Of a DNA stretch of 64,000 bases, positions 55,146 to 64,000 are shown one piece after another. Numbering within the stretch: the stretch's first letter is position 1; each line of letters begins with the position of its first letter. Below the pieces are notes generated by a model. That model was given only the letters and a program-made list of their open reading frames with translations, did no database searches and was not told the origin of the DNA. Where the stretch lies: the NCBI GenBank assembly GCA_964406645.1, contig CAYOSM010000001.1:5564-69563 (forward strand), given 5' to 3'. The translations under genes were made by a program, and so were the position numbers. The DNA comes from an uncultured Bifidobacteriaceae bacterium (GTDB lineage Bacteria; Actinomycetota; Thermoleophilia; Miltoncostaeales; Miltoncostaeaceae).

Positions 55146-56096
55146 TCACACGAACCGATCGAATTCCCGAAGGGTCGCGGCACGATCGGCGCACGCGCGT
55201 GAGCCCTGCCCGGCCGCTCGTGCGACCTCGGATTGATCCTCAGTGGCACGGGACAGATGCCGCGACACCTCCGACATGGCCTCCTCGCAGTGTTCGGACA
55301 CCGCCCGCATCTCGTCCACCCGCACCGCCATCTCCTCGTGGTGCGAGTGCAGGTCGGCGACGATCCTGATTCCTCCCGTGAGCCGATCCTCGGCCTCGGA
55401 CGCGGTCCCCCTGACCGTCGTGCACATGTCGCGGAGACGGTTGGCGACATCGAGTGCCGCTTCGCACCGTGTCACCGCGGTCAGACAGCACTCGACGCGA
55501 CTAATGGCCTCCTCCAGAAGCGACTGGAGACGTTCTTGCTCTTGGCGGGCGTGAAGGAGATCCGCCTCCGCCTGCCGCAGATCGGCTTCGGCTTCGCTCA
55601 CCGCGCGAGCCTCCCGGGCACCCGCCCGTTCCTCGCGCGCCCGAGCGCGAGCGTTGTTGAGCCGCTGGCGGCACTGGTCGACACCGAACGCGCACCGGCG
55701 GATCTCGGCCTCCGCCATCTCGACCGCCCGTTGCACCTCGTCTCGCCGACGTTCGGCATCACGAAGCCGGGTGCTCCAGAGATCGACGTACTGTTTCGCC
55801 GTCGAAACCGTCTCCTGACAGAGCCGGTCCGTGGAGTGATAGTCGGTGAGCGCCTCCTGGACGACGGTCGCCGACTCCTCGAAGATCGACTGGGCGCTCC
55901 TCAGATTCTCGGCACAGTCGTCGAGGACGACGCGCGCGCGATCGGCGATCACCCGAATATGAGCGACGCCGTCCTGCACTCCTCGACCGGTCACCTCACC
56001 ATGCGACTGCGCCGTCGAGGCCGCGGAGACCAAGCGTTCGGCGTCACTCTGAACCTGGTCGAGGCGTGCAGCGAGACGACCCGGGTCGACAGCCAT
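55146..56096 (-). CDS. Hypothetical all-helical coiled-coil protein, Cys-rich
   Basis: 316 aa; long heptad-like Ala/Glu/Arg helices with at least 10 Cys; its start overlaps the upstream stop by 1 nt. Confidence 0.6.
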   Translation of the reverse strand: MAVDPGRLAARLDQVQSDAERLVSAASTAQSHGEVTGRGVQDGVAHIRVIADRARVVLDDCAENLRSAQSIFEESATVVQEALTDYHSTDRLCQETVSTAKQYVDLWSTRLRDAERRRDEVQRAVEMAEAEIRRCAFGVDQCRQRLNNARARAREERAGAREARAVSEAEADLRQAEADLLHARQEQERLQSLLEEAISRVECCLTAVTRCEAALDVANRLRDMCTTVRGTASEAEDRLTGGIRIVADLHSHHEEMAVRVDEMRAVSEHCEEAMSEVSRHLSRATEDQSEVARAAGQGSRACADRAATLREFDRFV

Positions 56097-56371
56097 CAGA
56101 ATCCGTCCCGGTCCATCTGGCGGAGCACGGTCAACCGTTCGTTGATGAAGATGATGAGGGCTCTGCTCCCCTCGGTGTGTTCAGCGAGCGCCTCCTGTGC
56201 CTGCCTCCACGCCCTCTTGAACTCGTCGGCCGCATTGCCCCCGTAGCGCGCACTGAGGTGGTCATAGCGGTCACCGACACGTCTCAATGCGTTCTCGGCC
56301 GCCGCGCGCTGCTCTTCGAGTACCGCGAGATAGCGTTCGAGGGCCCTGATGATGAACGTGACATCAGCCAC
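56096..56371 (-). CDS. Small helical protein, possibly WXG100 (ESAT-6)-like
   Basis: 91 aa; predicted helix-turn-helix with central YGGNAADEFKRAW; size and position next to the FtsK-like ATPase fit WXG100, but there is no canonical WxG. Confidence 0.4.
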   Translation of the reverse strand: MADVTFIIRALERYLAVLEEQRAAAENALRRVGDRYDHLSARYGGNAADEFKRAWRQAQEALAEHTEGSRALIIFINERLTVLRQMDRDGF

Positions 56372-56636
56372 CGTTCAGATACCTCGCCAGATGCCGCAGG
56401 CGGCTGTGGATGAACGAGTGGAACTTCGGGGCGTCGACTGTGAGATAGGTCGTCAGATTCTCTTCAAAGGGAGATCGCAACCGTTGGAACTCCTTGTACG
56501 CCCGGTCGTCCCAGACGCGCTTAACCTCGGCCTCCGCATCCTCCAGCGCCGAGTTCATCACTCGGAGCGACCTGTGGAACTCGTCCAGTGCGCGACAGAA
56601 CTCCTTCATCGAGATATCGGTCTGATCGAGGTTCAT
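56364..56636 (-). CDS. Small helical protein, possibly WXG100 (ESAT-6)-like
   Basis: 90 aa; central VWDDRAYKEF (W-x-D in place of W-x-G); immediately downstream of the FtsK-like ATPase (ATGA overlap). Confidence 0.4.
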   Translation of the reverse strand: MNLDQTDISMKEFCRALDEFHRSLRVMNSALEDAEAEVKRVWDDRAYKEFQRLRSPFEENLTTYLTVDAPKFHSFIHSRLRHLARYLNGG

Positions 56637-59506
56637 GCGAGGTCCCGGACGAACGCCGCGATCTGATCCTGAAGGAGTCCGGATCTGTCGCCGGCGGGAA
56701 GACGCTGATCCTCAACGGTGAAGGGGATGCAGATCTGGGTACGGTTGATGCCGGCATCGGCCAGCAGCGCCTTGACCGGCTCGGCGTCGGCACCCTGGAC
56801 GGTCCGCGCATCCGCGGTGCCCAGCACCGTGAACGAGTCGTCCTCACCGCATTGAAGAACCATCTTGTGATCGAAGGCACTCATGTGACGGTTGCCACCC
56901 TGCGTCTGCAAGACGCGCGTCAGTCCGACAACGCTCCTGCCCACCACGACGACATGGACACCTACGGTCGGCCCACGGTCGAGTACGTCTCCCAACTGAC
57001 GTCCCAGATCGCTGGGTTCGTCACCGTAGGCATCCCGGACGTGTTCGAGCGCGGCGATGTACTCGGGCTCCAGGATGACGAGCATCACGCTTCGGGCATC
57101 CAGCTGTGCCTGCGGATCGAGGTCACGGCGCTCATCGATGAGCCCCACCAACCTGCCGAGCGTGTCCGCAAGTCCCGAAGGTTGGACCACATGGGCATCA
57201 TGGCCCAGATCGCGCGACACCCCAGGGAGGATGTCGGTGAACAGACCGGTCCAGTCGCCCGGACGCGAAGCCACGACCGTGATCATCTCCAGTCCCCCGG
57301 CCGGCATCGAGAGCGCGACCGACGTGAGTCCGGCAGCGCAGGCACCGAAGACGATCTCGAGATCCTGACCGACGATGAGGAGGTTTCCGCCCCTCCGCCG
57401 GGAGAGGGTGGCGATCGCCTGTCCGTGGACACTCAGGCCCTTCCCGAGCAGCAGGGGAACGGGGCGGTCCGCATCGTGCCATTGGGCGATTCCGAGCCCT
57501 CCACGGTCGGGAACGCTCTCGGCCAACTCGCGACGGCTCTGCGCATCGAGCCCACGCAGCGCGGCGATCCTCGGAAGCGCGGCGTTGGCGCGGAGGAACG
57601 GTTGGCAGTCACCGACGAACACGATCGGCCGTCGGTCCTCGTAGCCTCCAGCGTCCGCCTTGGACCGAATGTCGGATATGCACGCCGACAGCTCCGCATC
57701 GTCAAGCATGGCAATTCGGCCTGCCCGGTTGGCCGCATCCGCTCCGGCACGGGAGTTGACGACGGCCTTGCCGGGTGAATCACAGTGGCGCTTGATGAGA
57801 TCGCGCCCCTGCTTTCCGAACTCGACGAGTGACGCCTGCTCAGATTGACCCAGCGCGACGAGGTTGTGCATGTTCTCCATCATCGCGCTACTCCCGACCA
57901 TTCCCTGGGCGACGAAGCGCTGCGAGACAAGGAACAGGTGAACACCGGCCGCCCGCCCCTGCGCGGCGATCTTCTTAAGAGCATTCGAGGCGCGCTCCGA
58001 CTGCTCGATGGTGGATCCGAACAGTTCGTGGTACTCGTCGACGATGATGACGAGCCGGGGAAGCCGACGATCGTCAACCGCAGCTCGAAGGGCCGAGTAC
58101 TGGCGGACGTTGTCCTCGACACCGAGATCGTCGAACAGCCCGAAGCGGCGGTCAAGCTCCTCGGCCGCGTCCAGAAGGACGCTCAGCATCATCTCGGGTT
58201 GCGTCTTCAGCGACACCAATCGGGCGTGCGGGAGATCGCGGTAGATGCGGAACTCCACTCCCTGTTTGCCGTCGATGAGGTAGAAGGCGACCTCATCCGG
58301 TCCGTATCGCGTTGCCGCGCCGGTGATGAATGAGTGCAGAGCGATCGACTTGCCCATGCCGGGCATCCCGGCCTGGATCGTGTGCGCATAGACCTGTCGG
58401 TCCATGACCCCTGCCGGCCCCGGAGCCACCACCTCGCCGTAGGTGAGTTCGAGAAGCTGCGACGGGCCCGCCTGACCGATGGGCACGGTCACCGCCTCGA
58501 GACTCGAATGCTGCCACCAGCGACTCGGTTCGGTCTGGTTGATGGACGCCCACGTGACACGCGGTTGAACGGGCGTGAACCTCGAGAGAACACCGAGCCG
58601 CTCCCGTGCCGTCGTGAGGTCGCCACCCAAGGAGTCGAGCCGGAGTTCGCAGGCGAGTCCGCCCCACTCGACGCGCGTACGATCACCGGCGATGTCGACC
58701 GTTGTCGTCTCGCCGAGGTCGAGGCCCCCGGCATCACGGGTGTCGACATCGAGATCGTGATGGACGACGACGAGCGCACCGGCGGGAGCGAACCGGACCA
58801 CACGTCGCAATGCGTCCAGCGCCCGTCTGTCACACCCATTCGGGATGTCAGCCGCGACGACGAGGTTGAACCGCTCGCTCATGCGAAGCTCGTCGGGAAG
58901 ATCCGCCAGTGGTACGTCCGGGTAGAGATCGGTGACCCGCTGGCAATACGCAGCCACCTGGGCGAGCTGCTCGGCGATGTCGCCGCTCGCCGCTACGACG
59001 CCCGGGATGTCCGCCGAGAGGGGAAAGCTCCGCCCCATGCCGATCGGATCGATGAGGTGCACGCGCACCTGATGAGGCATAGAGAGCGCCACGCGCAGGG
59101 CGATGGACTGGAGGAACTCCTTGGCCCGGGCCGCCGCGTCCCCGCCGCGCGTCCGGATGACGATCGGACGGTCGGACCCGACGAACGGCACAAGCGCGGG
59201 AGCCACGAACTCGCCCTGATCCAGGAGGTCTCCGATCCGGATCCACCGTGGTGGGGCGGCGTGATCGGGTTCCCATGTCGACCATGCGGCATGGCTCCAC
59301 GGACGCCGCGCAGCGACTTCATCGTCACCGACAGCCGCATCGATGGCCACACGGTTGCGGCTGAGTTCATCAACCACATGGCGGTCGGCGACAGTCGCGG
59401 CGGCAAGACCGGCACCGATCTGGCCGCGAAGCTCCGCCCGGGCGGCATCGAGTTGCTGACGGATCGTGTCAAGCTGTGCGCGGGCACTGTCGATGGCGGC
59501 GCTCAC
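56633..59506 (-). CDS. FtsK/SpoIIIE-family ATPase, EccC/EssC-like, soluble (no TM seen)
   Basis: Walker A QAGMPGMGKSIAL; Walker B LPRLVIIVDEYHELF; AAQGRAAGVHLFLVSQRF. Downstream ATPase-like modules lack a P-loop (degenerate). N-terminal coiled coil. Confidence 0.82.
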   Translation of the reverse strand: MSAAIDSARAQLDTIRQQLDAARAELRGQIGAGLAAATVADRHVVDELSRNRVAIDAAVGDDEVAARRPWSHAAWSTWEPDHAAPPRWIRIGDLLDQGEFVAPALVPFVGSDRPIVIRTRGGDAAARAKEFLQSIALRVALSMPHQVRVHLIDPIGMGRSFPLSADIPGVVAASGDIAEQLAQVAAYCQRVTDLYPDVPLADLPDELRMSERFNLVVAADIPNGCDRRALDALRRVVRFAPAGALVVVHHDLDVDTRDAGGLDLGETTTVDIAGDRTRVEWGGLACELRLDSLGGDLTTARERLGVLSRFTPVQPRVTWASINQTEPSRWWQHSSLEAVTVPIGQAGPSQLLELTYGEVVAPGPAGVMDRQVYAHTIQAGMPGMGKSIALHSFITGAATRYGPDEVAFYLIDGKQGVEFRIYRDLPHARLVSLKTQPEMMLSVLLDAAEELDRRFGLFDDLGVEDNVRQYSALRAAVDDRRLPRLVIIVDEYHELFGSTIEQSERASNALKKIAAQGRAAGVHLFLVSQRFVAQGMVGSSAMMENMHNLVALGQSEQASLVEFGKQGRDLIKRHCDSPGKAVVNSRAGADAANRAGRIAMLDDAELSACISDIRSKADAGGYEDRRPIVFVGDCQPFLRANAALPRIAALRGLDAQSRRELAESVPDRGGLGIAQWHDADRPVPLLLGKGLSVHGQAIATLSRRRGGNLLIVGQDLEIVFGACAAGLTSVALSMPAGGLEMITVVASRPGDWTGLFTDILPGVSRDLGHDAHVVQPSGLADTLGRLVGLIDERRDLDPQAQLDARSVMLVILEPEYIAALEHVRDAYGDEPSDLGRQLGDVLDRGPTVGVHVVVVGRSVVGLTRVLQTQGGNRHMSAFDHKMVLQCGEDDSFTVLGTADARTVQGADAEPVKALLADAGINRTQICIPFTVEDQRLPAGDRSGLLQDQIAAFVRDLA

Positions 59507-59829
59507 AGAGCCACCACGAGAATGAGGATCAGGACGATCACAGCGATGGCGATACCGACGCCGATCATCACATTGCGACGCTGAGCCTCGAGGCGGGCGA
59601 TCTCGGCTTCCTGCGCCTCCAGGCGCTGAGCGGCATCAGCGATCTGCGTGTTCGCCTCACGCGCGGACGACAGGGCACGCTCGAGCGTAACGGAGGCGGC
59701 CGCCGGCTCACCATCGAACTGACGGGTGTCCGCATCGCCGAAGCCGGCGAGTTCCGCGCGCAGATCGGCGATCCGCGCCCTGTCCAGGTGAAGGTCGGCT
59801 CTCTCTGAGAGCAGGCTGTCAATCATCAT
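59503..59829 (-). CDS. Small coiled-coil protein with C-terminal TM anchor
   Basis: 108 aa; C-terminal VMIGVGIAIAVIVLILILVVAL. Confidence 0.55.
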   Translation of the reverse strand: MMIDSLLSERADLHLDRARIADLRAELAGFGDADTRQFDGEPAAASVTLERALSSAREANTQIADAAQRLEAQEAEIARLEAQRRNVMIGVGIAIAVIVLILILVVAL

Positions 59830-59862
59830 TCGTCTCCGATCCGTCGGTGGACAGCGCAGGAA

Positions 59863-60672
59863 TCAGTCGCCGACGACATCCGTGATCTTCTTGGCATCGG
59901 TCTCCATGAACACGTCGGCTCCCGATGGCGCCAGGAGGTCCTCCCACAGCCGTTCCACCGCCGGTCCGCGGTCCGTCGTGATGCGTCGGTCGCGTCCGAC
60001 CCCGACGAGCCAGATCCGGAACCCGGAGAGGTCAGGCGGCTTGAACGTCGACCGGATCCTCTTGAGGGTCTGCTGGTAGCGCTGCTCATTCTCGATCGGG
60101 GTCCTCGTCAGCGCGATCCCCTTGTCGAGATCGACGATGAGGCCGTTAGTGACGAACACCATGCGTGCCTCGAGGTCGTTCTGCCGTGAACGTTGCACAA
60201 CGCGCTTGTGCTCGTTGGCAGTCTGCCGGAACACCCCGAGAAGGTCGGATTCACAGGGTTGTCCCGTGGGCCGCCGTGTGACGACCGGGAGCAACTCCTG
60301 GAGCGCCGCGTCCCGCGCGTCGATGGCGTTCGAGATCCGGACCGTCGCGTTGTTACCCCTGGCCGCGAAGTTGACCTCTTCGAAGTCGATGTTCTGCGAC
60401 GCCAGCGCACGCACGGTTCCGACCTCCAGGCGACCGCCGTTGACCGCCGCCGCCGTCGCCGCCATCTGAAGGCCGACCTTCAGGTCCTCCTTGTCCTTCG
60501 GCTCGTCCATGTCACAACTGACGTCCGCGACGAAGTAGACGACCTGCTTGCCGTTGCCCGTGTCGCCCGGAAGGGCGAGTCCCGTCTCGGGATCCTCCTG
60601 GCTCGCACCGGCGCAGCCCGCTCCGGCCACGAGCAAGCCCACAAACAGCAATGACACCGCGATCCGCCTCAT
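59863..60672 (-). CDS. Lipoprotein with vWA-like domain
   Basis: Lipobox LLVAGAGC; MIDAS-like VVYFVADVSCDM (DxSxD); overall alpha/beta alternation. Weak call. Confidence 0.45.
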   Translation of the reverse strand: MRRIAVSLLFVGLLVAGAGCAGASQEDPETGLALPGDTGNGKQVVYFVADVSCDMDEPKDKEDLKVGLQMAATAAAVNGGRLEVGTVRALASQNIDFEEVNFAARGNNATVRISNAIDARDAALQELLPVVTRRPTGQPCESDLLGVFRQTANEHKRVVQRSRQNDLEARMVFVTNGLIVDLDKGIALTRTPIENEQRYQQTLKRIRSTFKPPDLSGFRIWLVGVGRDRRITTDRGPAVERLWEDLLAPSGADVFMETDAKKITDVVGD

Positions 60673-61580
60673 ATCAAGACTCCCTCTCTGATTCGCGTGG
60701 CCTCCGCGGCCAGCAGTTTGTCGATCCTCTGAATACGATCGGCAGTGGATGGGTGTGTGTCGAGCAGACGCTCGGTGGACGGCACCAGATCCTCACGTGT
60801 GAGAGCCGCGCGATGCGCGAGCAGTTCGCGCAGAGGACGGCCATACCCGCACGCGACAGCAAAGGCGTCCGCCATGAACTCCCGGCGCCGGGAGGAGATC
60901 CCCCACAGGAAACGGAACGGCCCGGTGACGCTGGCGGTCAACCAGAGGATGAACCTCCCGACGAGCCTCCCGACAGCGCCCAGCCGGGCGATGGCCAGCA
61001 CGACCCGATCGACCAGATGAACGGGCATCAGGTACCAGTAGACCGCCCCGGTGAGAAACTGATCTCGGTGCACGTGGTGGCCGACCTCGTGGGCGACCAT
61101 GGCCTGGACGTATGTCGGTGGAAAGAACAGTGCTCCCCCGAGGACATCCGCTGAGACCGCGACGGTGCTGTCGCTGGAGTACGTCGCGTTGAACCACATC
61201 TTCGCGACCCGGAGACGGAATACATCGGGGCGTATACCACCGGCCGTGCACACGGGCCCGAGCGCACGCTGAAGCTGTGTGAGTTCGACGCCCGTGGGCG
61301 CCCGATTGGAGGCGACCTCCGCCTGAATGGCGTGCGCCAGGGACGGAATGAGAAAAACGAGGCCGAGCAGAACCCAGATCACCACAACCGCCCAGAGCAC
61401 CCCCCATCCGAACTGCCATTGGAGCAGAGCCCAGACGGGCAGGAGCACTGTGGCTCCGGCGGCAGCGGCGGCGGCGATGGCGAGACAGCGGCCGATCGAC
61501 GGTGTAGCGGTCAGCGGGCGACTGACGGTGTAGCCGACTCTGGGATCATCACCCTCCGCCCACGGGACGGGAGCCGTCAT
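60669..61580 (-). CDS. M48-family (HtpX/Ste24-like) membrane zinc metallopeptidase
   Basis: HExxH MVAHEVGHHVHRD; downstream EFMADAFAV and THPSTADRIQRI; N-terminal TM helices. Confidence 0.8.
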   Translation of the reverse strand: MTAPVPWAEGDDPRVGYTVSRPLTATPSIGRCLAIAAAAAAGATVLLPVWALLQWQFGWGVLWAVVVIWVLLGLVFLIPSLAHAIQAEVASNRAPTGVELTQLQRALGPVCTAGGIRPDVFRLRVAKMWFNATYSSDSTVAVSADVLGGALFFPPTYVQAMVAHEVGHHVHRDQFLTGAVYWYLMPVHLVDRVVLAIARLGAVGRLVGRFILWLTASVTGPFRFLWGISSRRREFMADAFAVACGYGRPLRELLAHRAALTREDLVPSTERLLDTHPSTADRIQRIDKLLAAEATRIREGVLI

Positions 61581-62530
61581 GCCACGTCCTTCTGGGGAAC
61601 GTTGGTCTTAATGGCGTCATCGATCTCTCGGTACTTCTCGGCGATCAACTCCCGGTCGTCGGGACCGTCGCCCGCGACCTGATTGACGGCGTGCGTGAAG
61701 TATTCACGAGCCTTCCCGAAGTAGTTCACCTCGAGCTCGTCGAGATCACGAACCAGACCATCGATCTCGGCAGTCTCCTGAGGAATGGTGATGTCGAGTT
61801 CGCTCTTCGCCGCCGCCACCGCGTTCGCCCAGGCACGTTCCCGCACGCGGAAGTCCCGTCGTGGTCCCCCGCGGATGACGCCGTCCGAGATACCAAAGAT
61901 GATCGCTGTGGCGGCCCCTGCCAGAAGCGCCCCTCCGAGTCTCTCCATCGTGGTGTGTGCGTCGTCGATCAGCGCTGCCATGAGCACAGCGGCGACGATC
62001 GCCGCCACCGCCAGCACGCCGAGCCGTCCCCTCTCACGAATCCCGAGCCCGCGCGTGGCGAACAGCCCACCGAGTCCGAATGCGATCGCGATGGCTCCAG
62101 CAACCGCACCGACACCCCAGGAGAGTCCGAGAAGTCGCGCGAAGCCGACGGTGGCTCCGACCGCTGCGCCGCACGCCAGGACCGCGACGGTTCGCCCATA
62201 TGCGGGGCCGTGGGCAGCGTCGTATTCCGTCGGGGCCTCGGGCGCCGTTCCCAGTTGTTCGATCCGTTCCTTAAGAGCGTCGGTCCGGACCTCGAGCGCG
62301 TCGGCCCGAGAGAGCAGCCGTTCACGCAGCCCGTCCACAAGATCGTCGATGACGTGGATTGTCTGGAGCGTACGCGCGGCGACACTCTGGATCGTCCGTC
62401 TATCTCCCTCCGTCGGAATACGGCGATCATCGACGATCTCGCTGCGAAGACCGGAAACCGACGCCTGTACCAGGGTCTCGACGCGAGCGCTCTGCTCGCC
62501 CAGCAGCATGCCGTGCGAATCGTCAGGCAT
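61577..62530 (-). CDS. Membrane protein (helical N-domain + Gly/Ala-rich TM bundle)
   Basis: Start MPDDSHGM at 62530 (8-nt overlap with the upstream gene); TM-rich core GRTVAVLACGAAVGATVGFA...; no motif recognised. Confidence 0.55.
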   Translation of the reverse strand: MPDDSHGMLLGEQSARVETLVQASVSGLRSEIVDDRRIPTEGDRRTIQSVAARTLQTIHVIDDLVDGLRERLLSRADALEVRTDALKERIEQLGTAPEAPTEYDAAHGPAYGRTVAVLACGAAVGATVGFARLLGLSWGVGAVAGAIAIAFGLGGLFATRGLGIRERGRLGVLAVAAIVAAVLMAALIDDAHTTMERLGGALLAGAATAIIFGISDGVIRGGPRRDFRVRERAWANAVAAAKSELDITIPQETAEIDGLVRDLDELEVNYFGKAREYFTHAVNQVAGDGPDDRELIAEKYREIDDAIKTNVPQKDVA

Positions 62531-63710
62531 CGGCCGAACCGTTCGCTGCGACCATTCCCTGAGCGCCCGGCACCTCGCCGCCCGTGCGCATGCGCTCCAG
62601 GAGAGCTTTGGCCTCGTGCTGGTGCTCCTCCACGAGCCTCTTGACGTCAGCCTCGGCGTCGGACACCTGGGCAATGAGTGCCTTGACAGACTGAGCCAAA
62701 TCGTCACGCTCGTTCACGTAGTTGTTCTGGGCGGTGTGCCCTCTTCCCTCGCTTGTCAGGCACTCGTTCGCAATCATCACGACGACGTTCGGCACCGTGG
62801 AGATGGCGCCGTGATACGCCTGCGTGATGGTGCCCAGATGCAGGAGCGCCTTGCTCCGAGCGGCCGTGGCGTCGTGGAACGCACGGTCAGCTGCAACCGC
62901 CTCCTTCTGCGCGTTCTCACACGCATGCTTGGCCTCTCGGTACTCCGCCGTTCGTGCGTGATTGATCCCGGCCACCGCCGCCGTGAGGGTGGCGAGCCCG
63001 GAGATCCCACCGAGGGCGACCAGGACCCAGAATTTGAAGCTGTCACGGTCGATGTTCAATCCGGCGACCCGAAAATCCTGAGCGCGGAGAAACGTCAGTG
63101 ACACCAAGATCAGAACGATCAGAAGACCGGCGGCCACCGCGAGGAACATGAGCGGCCGTCTCTGTCGTGCGTTCTCACCCGTCGCGATCCAGCGTTCTCC
63201 GAGCCAGCCATAGAGCCAGTGAATGACCCAGGTGAGGAGGCCCGAGATGAGCACGACCAGCCCCAGGATGGCCCACTCTGGGAAGTCAAGGTTCTGAAAA
63301 GCAATGAAAAGAAGAAAGCACTCCAGGAGGAATGAGAAGCCGAGCAGGATGATCTGCCCAAGCAGGGCCGAGTGCGGTGGCGGACCGAGCGTCCTCAGGC
63401 GATCACTCGCGCTGATCTCAATCGACCGCGCGGACTCAAGGTCGTGCTGGGTTCGAATTGCCGCTCCGGCCTCCGTGATGACCGTCGTCACGGAGTTATG
63501 AAGCGCCTCCGCTCCGTCCTGAGCCAGGTCGCGGGCATTGGCCTCACCCTCCTGGAACACGGACTGCACATACGGATGCGCGGGGAGTGCATGAACGGTC
63601 CCCTCGTCCAGCGGTCCTCGCTCCTTCGCCTCCTCCAGCCAGCCATTGATGCCAACCCGGACGATCTCCAGACTCGGCGTCACACGGACGCCGCGCTCAC
63701 CACGTGCCAT
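62523..63710 (-). CDS. Membrane protein, first gene of the long operon
   Basis: 395 aa; AGGAGG (complement of 63716-63721) 5 nt upstream of the ATG; 4-5 TM helices in the centre; helical C-terminus. The ~290 nt upstream are non-coding. Confidence 0.6.
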   Translation of the reverse strand: MARGERGVRVTPSLEIVRVGINGWLEEAKERGPLDEGTVHALPAHPYVQSVFQEGEANARDLAQDGAEALHNSVTTVITEAGAAIRTQHDLESARSIEISASDRLRTLGPPPHSALLGQIILLGFSFLLECFLLFIAFQNLDFPEWAILGLVVLISGLLTWVIHWLYGWLGERWIATGENARQRRPLMFLAVAAGLLIVLILVSLTFLRAQDFRVAGLNIDRDSFKFWVLVALGGISGLATLTAAVAGINHARTAEYREAKHACENAQKEAVAADRAFHDATAARSKALLHLGTITQAYHGAISTVPNVVVMIANECLTSEGRGHTAQNNYVNERDDLAQSVKALIAQVSDAEADVKRLVEEHQHEAKALLERMRTGGEVPGAQGMVAANGSADA

Positions 63711-64000
63711 GCCTTCCTCCTATCGTGTCCGACGACACCCTGCCATCCCGACATTCATGCCATCGACGGAATCCCGGCATCTCCGCCGCTCGTCATGTGC
63801 ACGGAAAGCGAGGGTACAGGAACAAAACACAGCCCTAGCCCCATACTTCGTGCGCGAACAGTTTCGCGTCCGTAGAACTCGATTGCAGGTACTCACGGGG
63901 CAACAGAGTCCTGCTCGCCCCTGATCGGGCTCCCCACGCTTCCCAAAGAAGCTGCGAGGCTACGGAGAACACCGGCCGCGCCTGGCACCCACTCAAACCC

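Noticed and set aside
55146-59829. Calling the FtsK-like/WXG-like block a bona fide ESX/type VII secretion locus
   Set aside because: No EccB, EccD, EccE, mycosin, PE/PPE or EspG-like genes were seen. The small proteins lack a canonical WxG. Kept only as T7SS-like.

Overview
High-GC (Actinomycetota-type) chromosomal window in two parts. (1) 1-13.2 kb looks like core genome. It carries a contiguous, translationally coupled minus-strand purine operon purC-purS-purQ-purL-purF-purM-purN-purH (only the 5' end of purH is in the window). Next come a LysR regulator, a class I methyltransferase, and a solute-binding protein + L,D-transpeptidase pair bracketed by two copies of a 37-nt repeat. A DJ-1/PfpI protein and a YqhA/UPF0114 membrane protein complete this part. 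(2) From ~13.2 kb to the window end the sequence looks accessory: AT-richer spacers, many ORFs with no recognisable domain, and an IS3 orfA relic at ~44.5-44.8 kb. This part holds four blocks. (a) A secreted CAP/SCP protein, hypothetical genes, an atypical membrane sensor plus LuxR-type response regulator, and a 30-codon Cys-rich micro-ORF below the ORF-track cutoff. (b) An orphan TraD/VirD4-like coupling-type ATPase module. (c) An immune-type cluster at 27.9-44.1 kb with three TIR-STAND (NACHT or NB-ARC-like) repeat proteins. Two of them are translationally coupled to Rossmann-type enzymes (Gfo/Idh/MocA oxidoreductase; DUF218-like). Between them on the other strand lie a Card1/Can2-like CARF-PD-(D/E)xK nuclease and a 943-aa 2TM-Rossmann-SLOG-RyR protein. 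No CRISPR array, cas gene or CD-NTase is visible anywhere in the window. (d) An ~18.2-kb, 18-gene, almost gap-free minus-strand operon (63710 down to 45503). It combines membrane proteins, an M48 peptidase, a vWA-like lipoprotein, an FtsK/EccC-like ATPase, two ~90-aa WXG100-like helical proteins and coiled-coil proteins. It also has an orphan NrdG-like radical-SAM activase, a ClpB-D2-like AAA+ ATPase and an FHA / PP2C / Ser-Thr kinase module. Blocks (c) and (d) are the best candidates for undescribed systems. All domain calls are by-eye motif recognition on the supplied translations; no database search was run.
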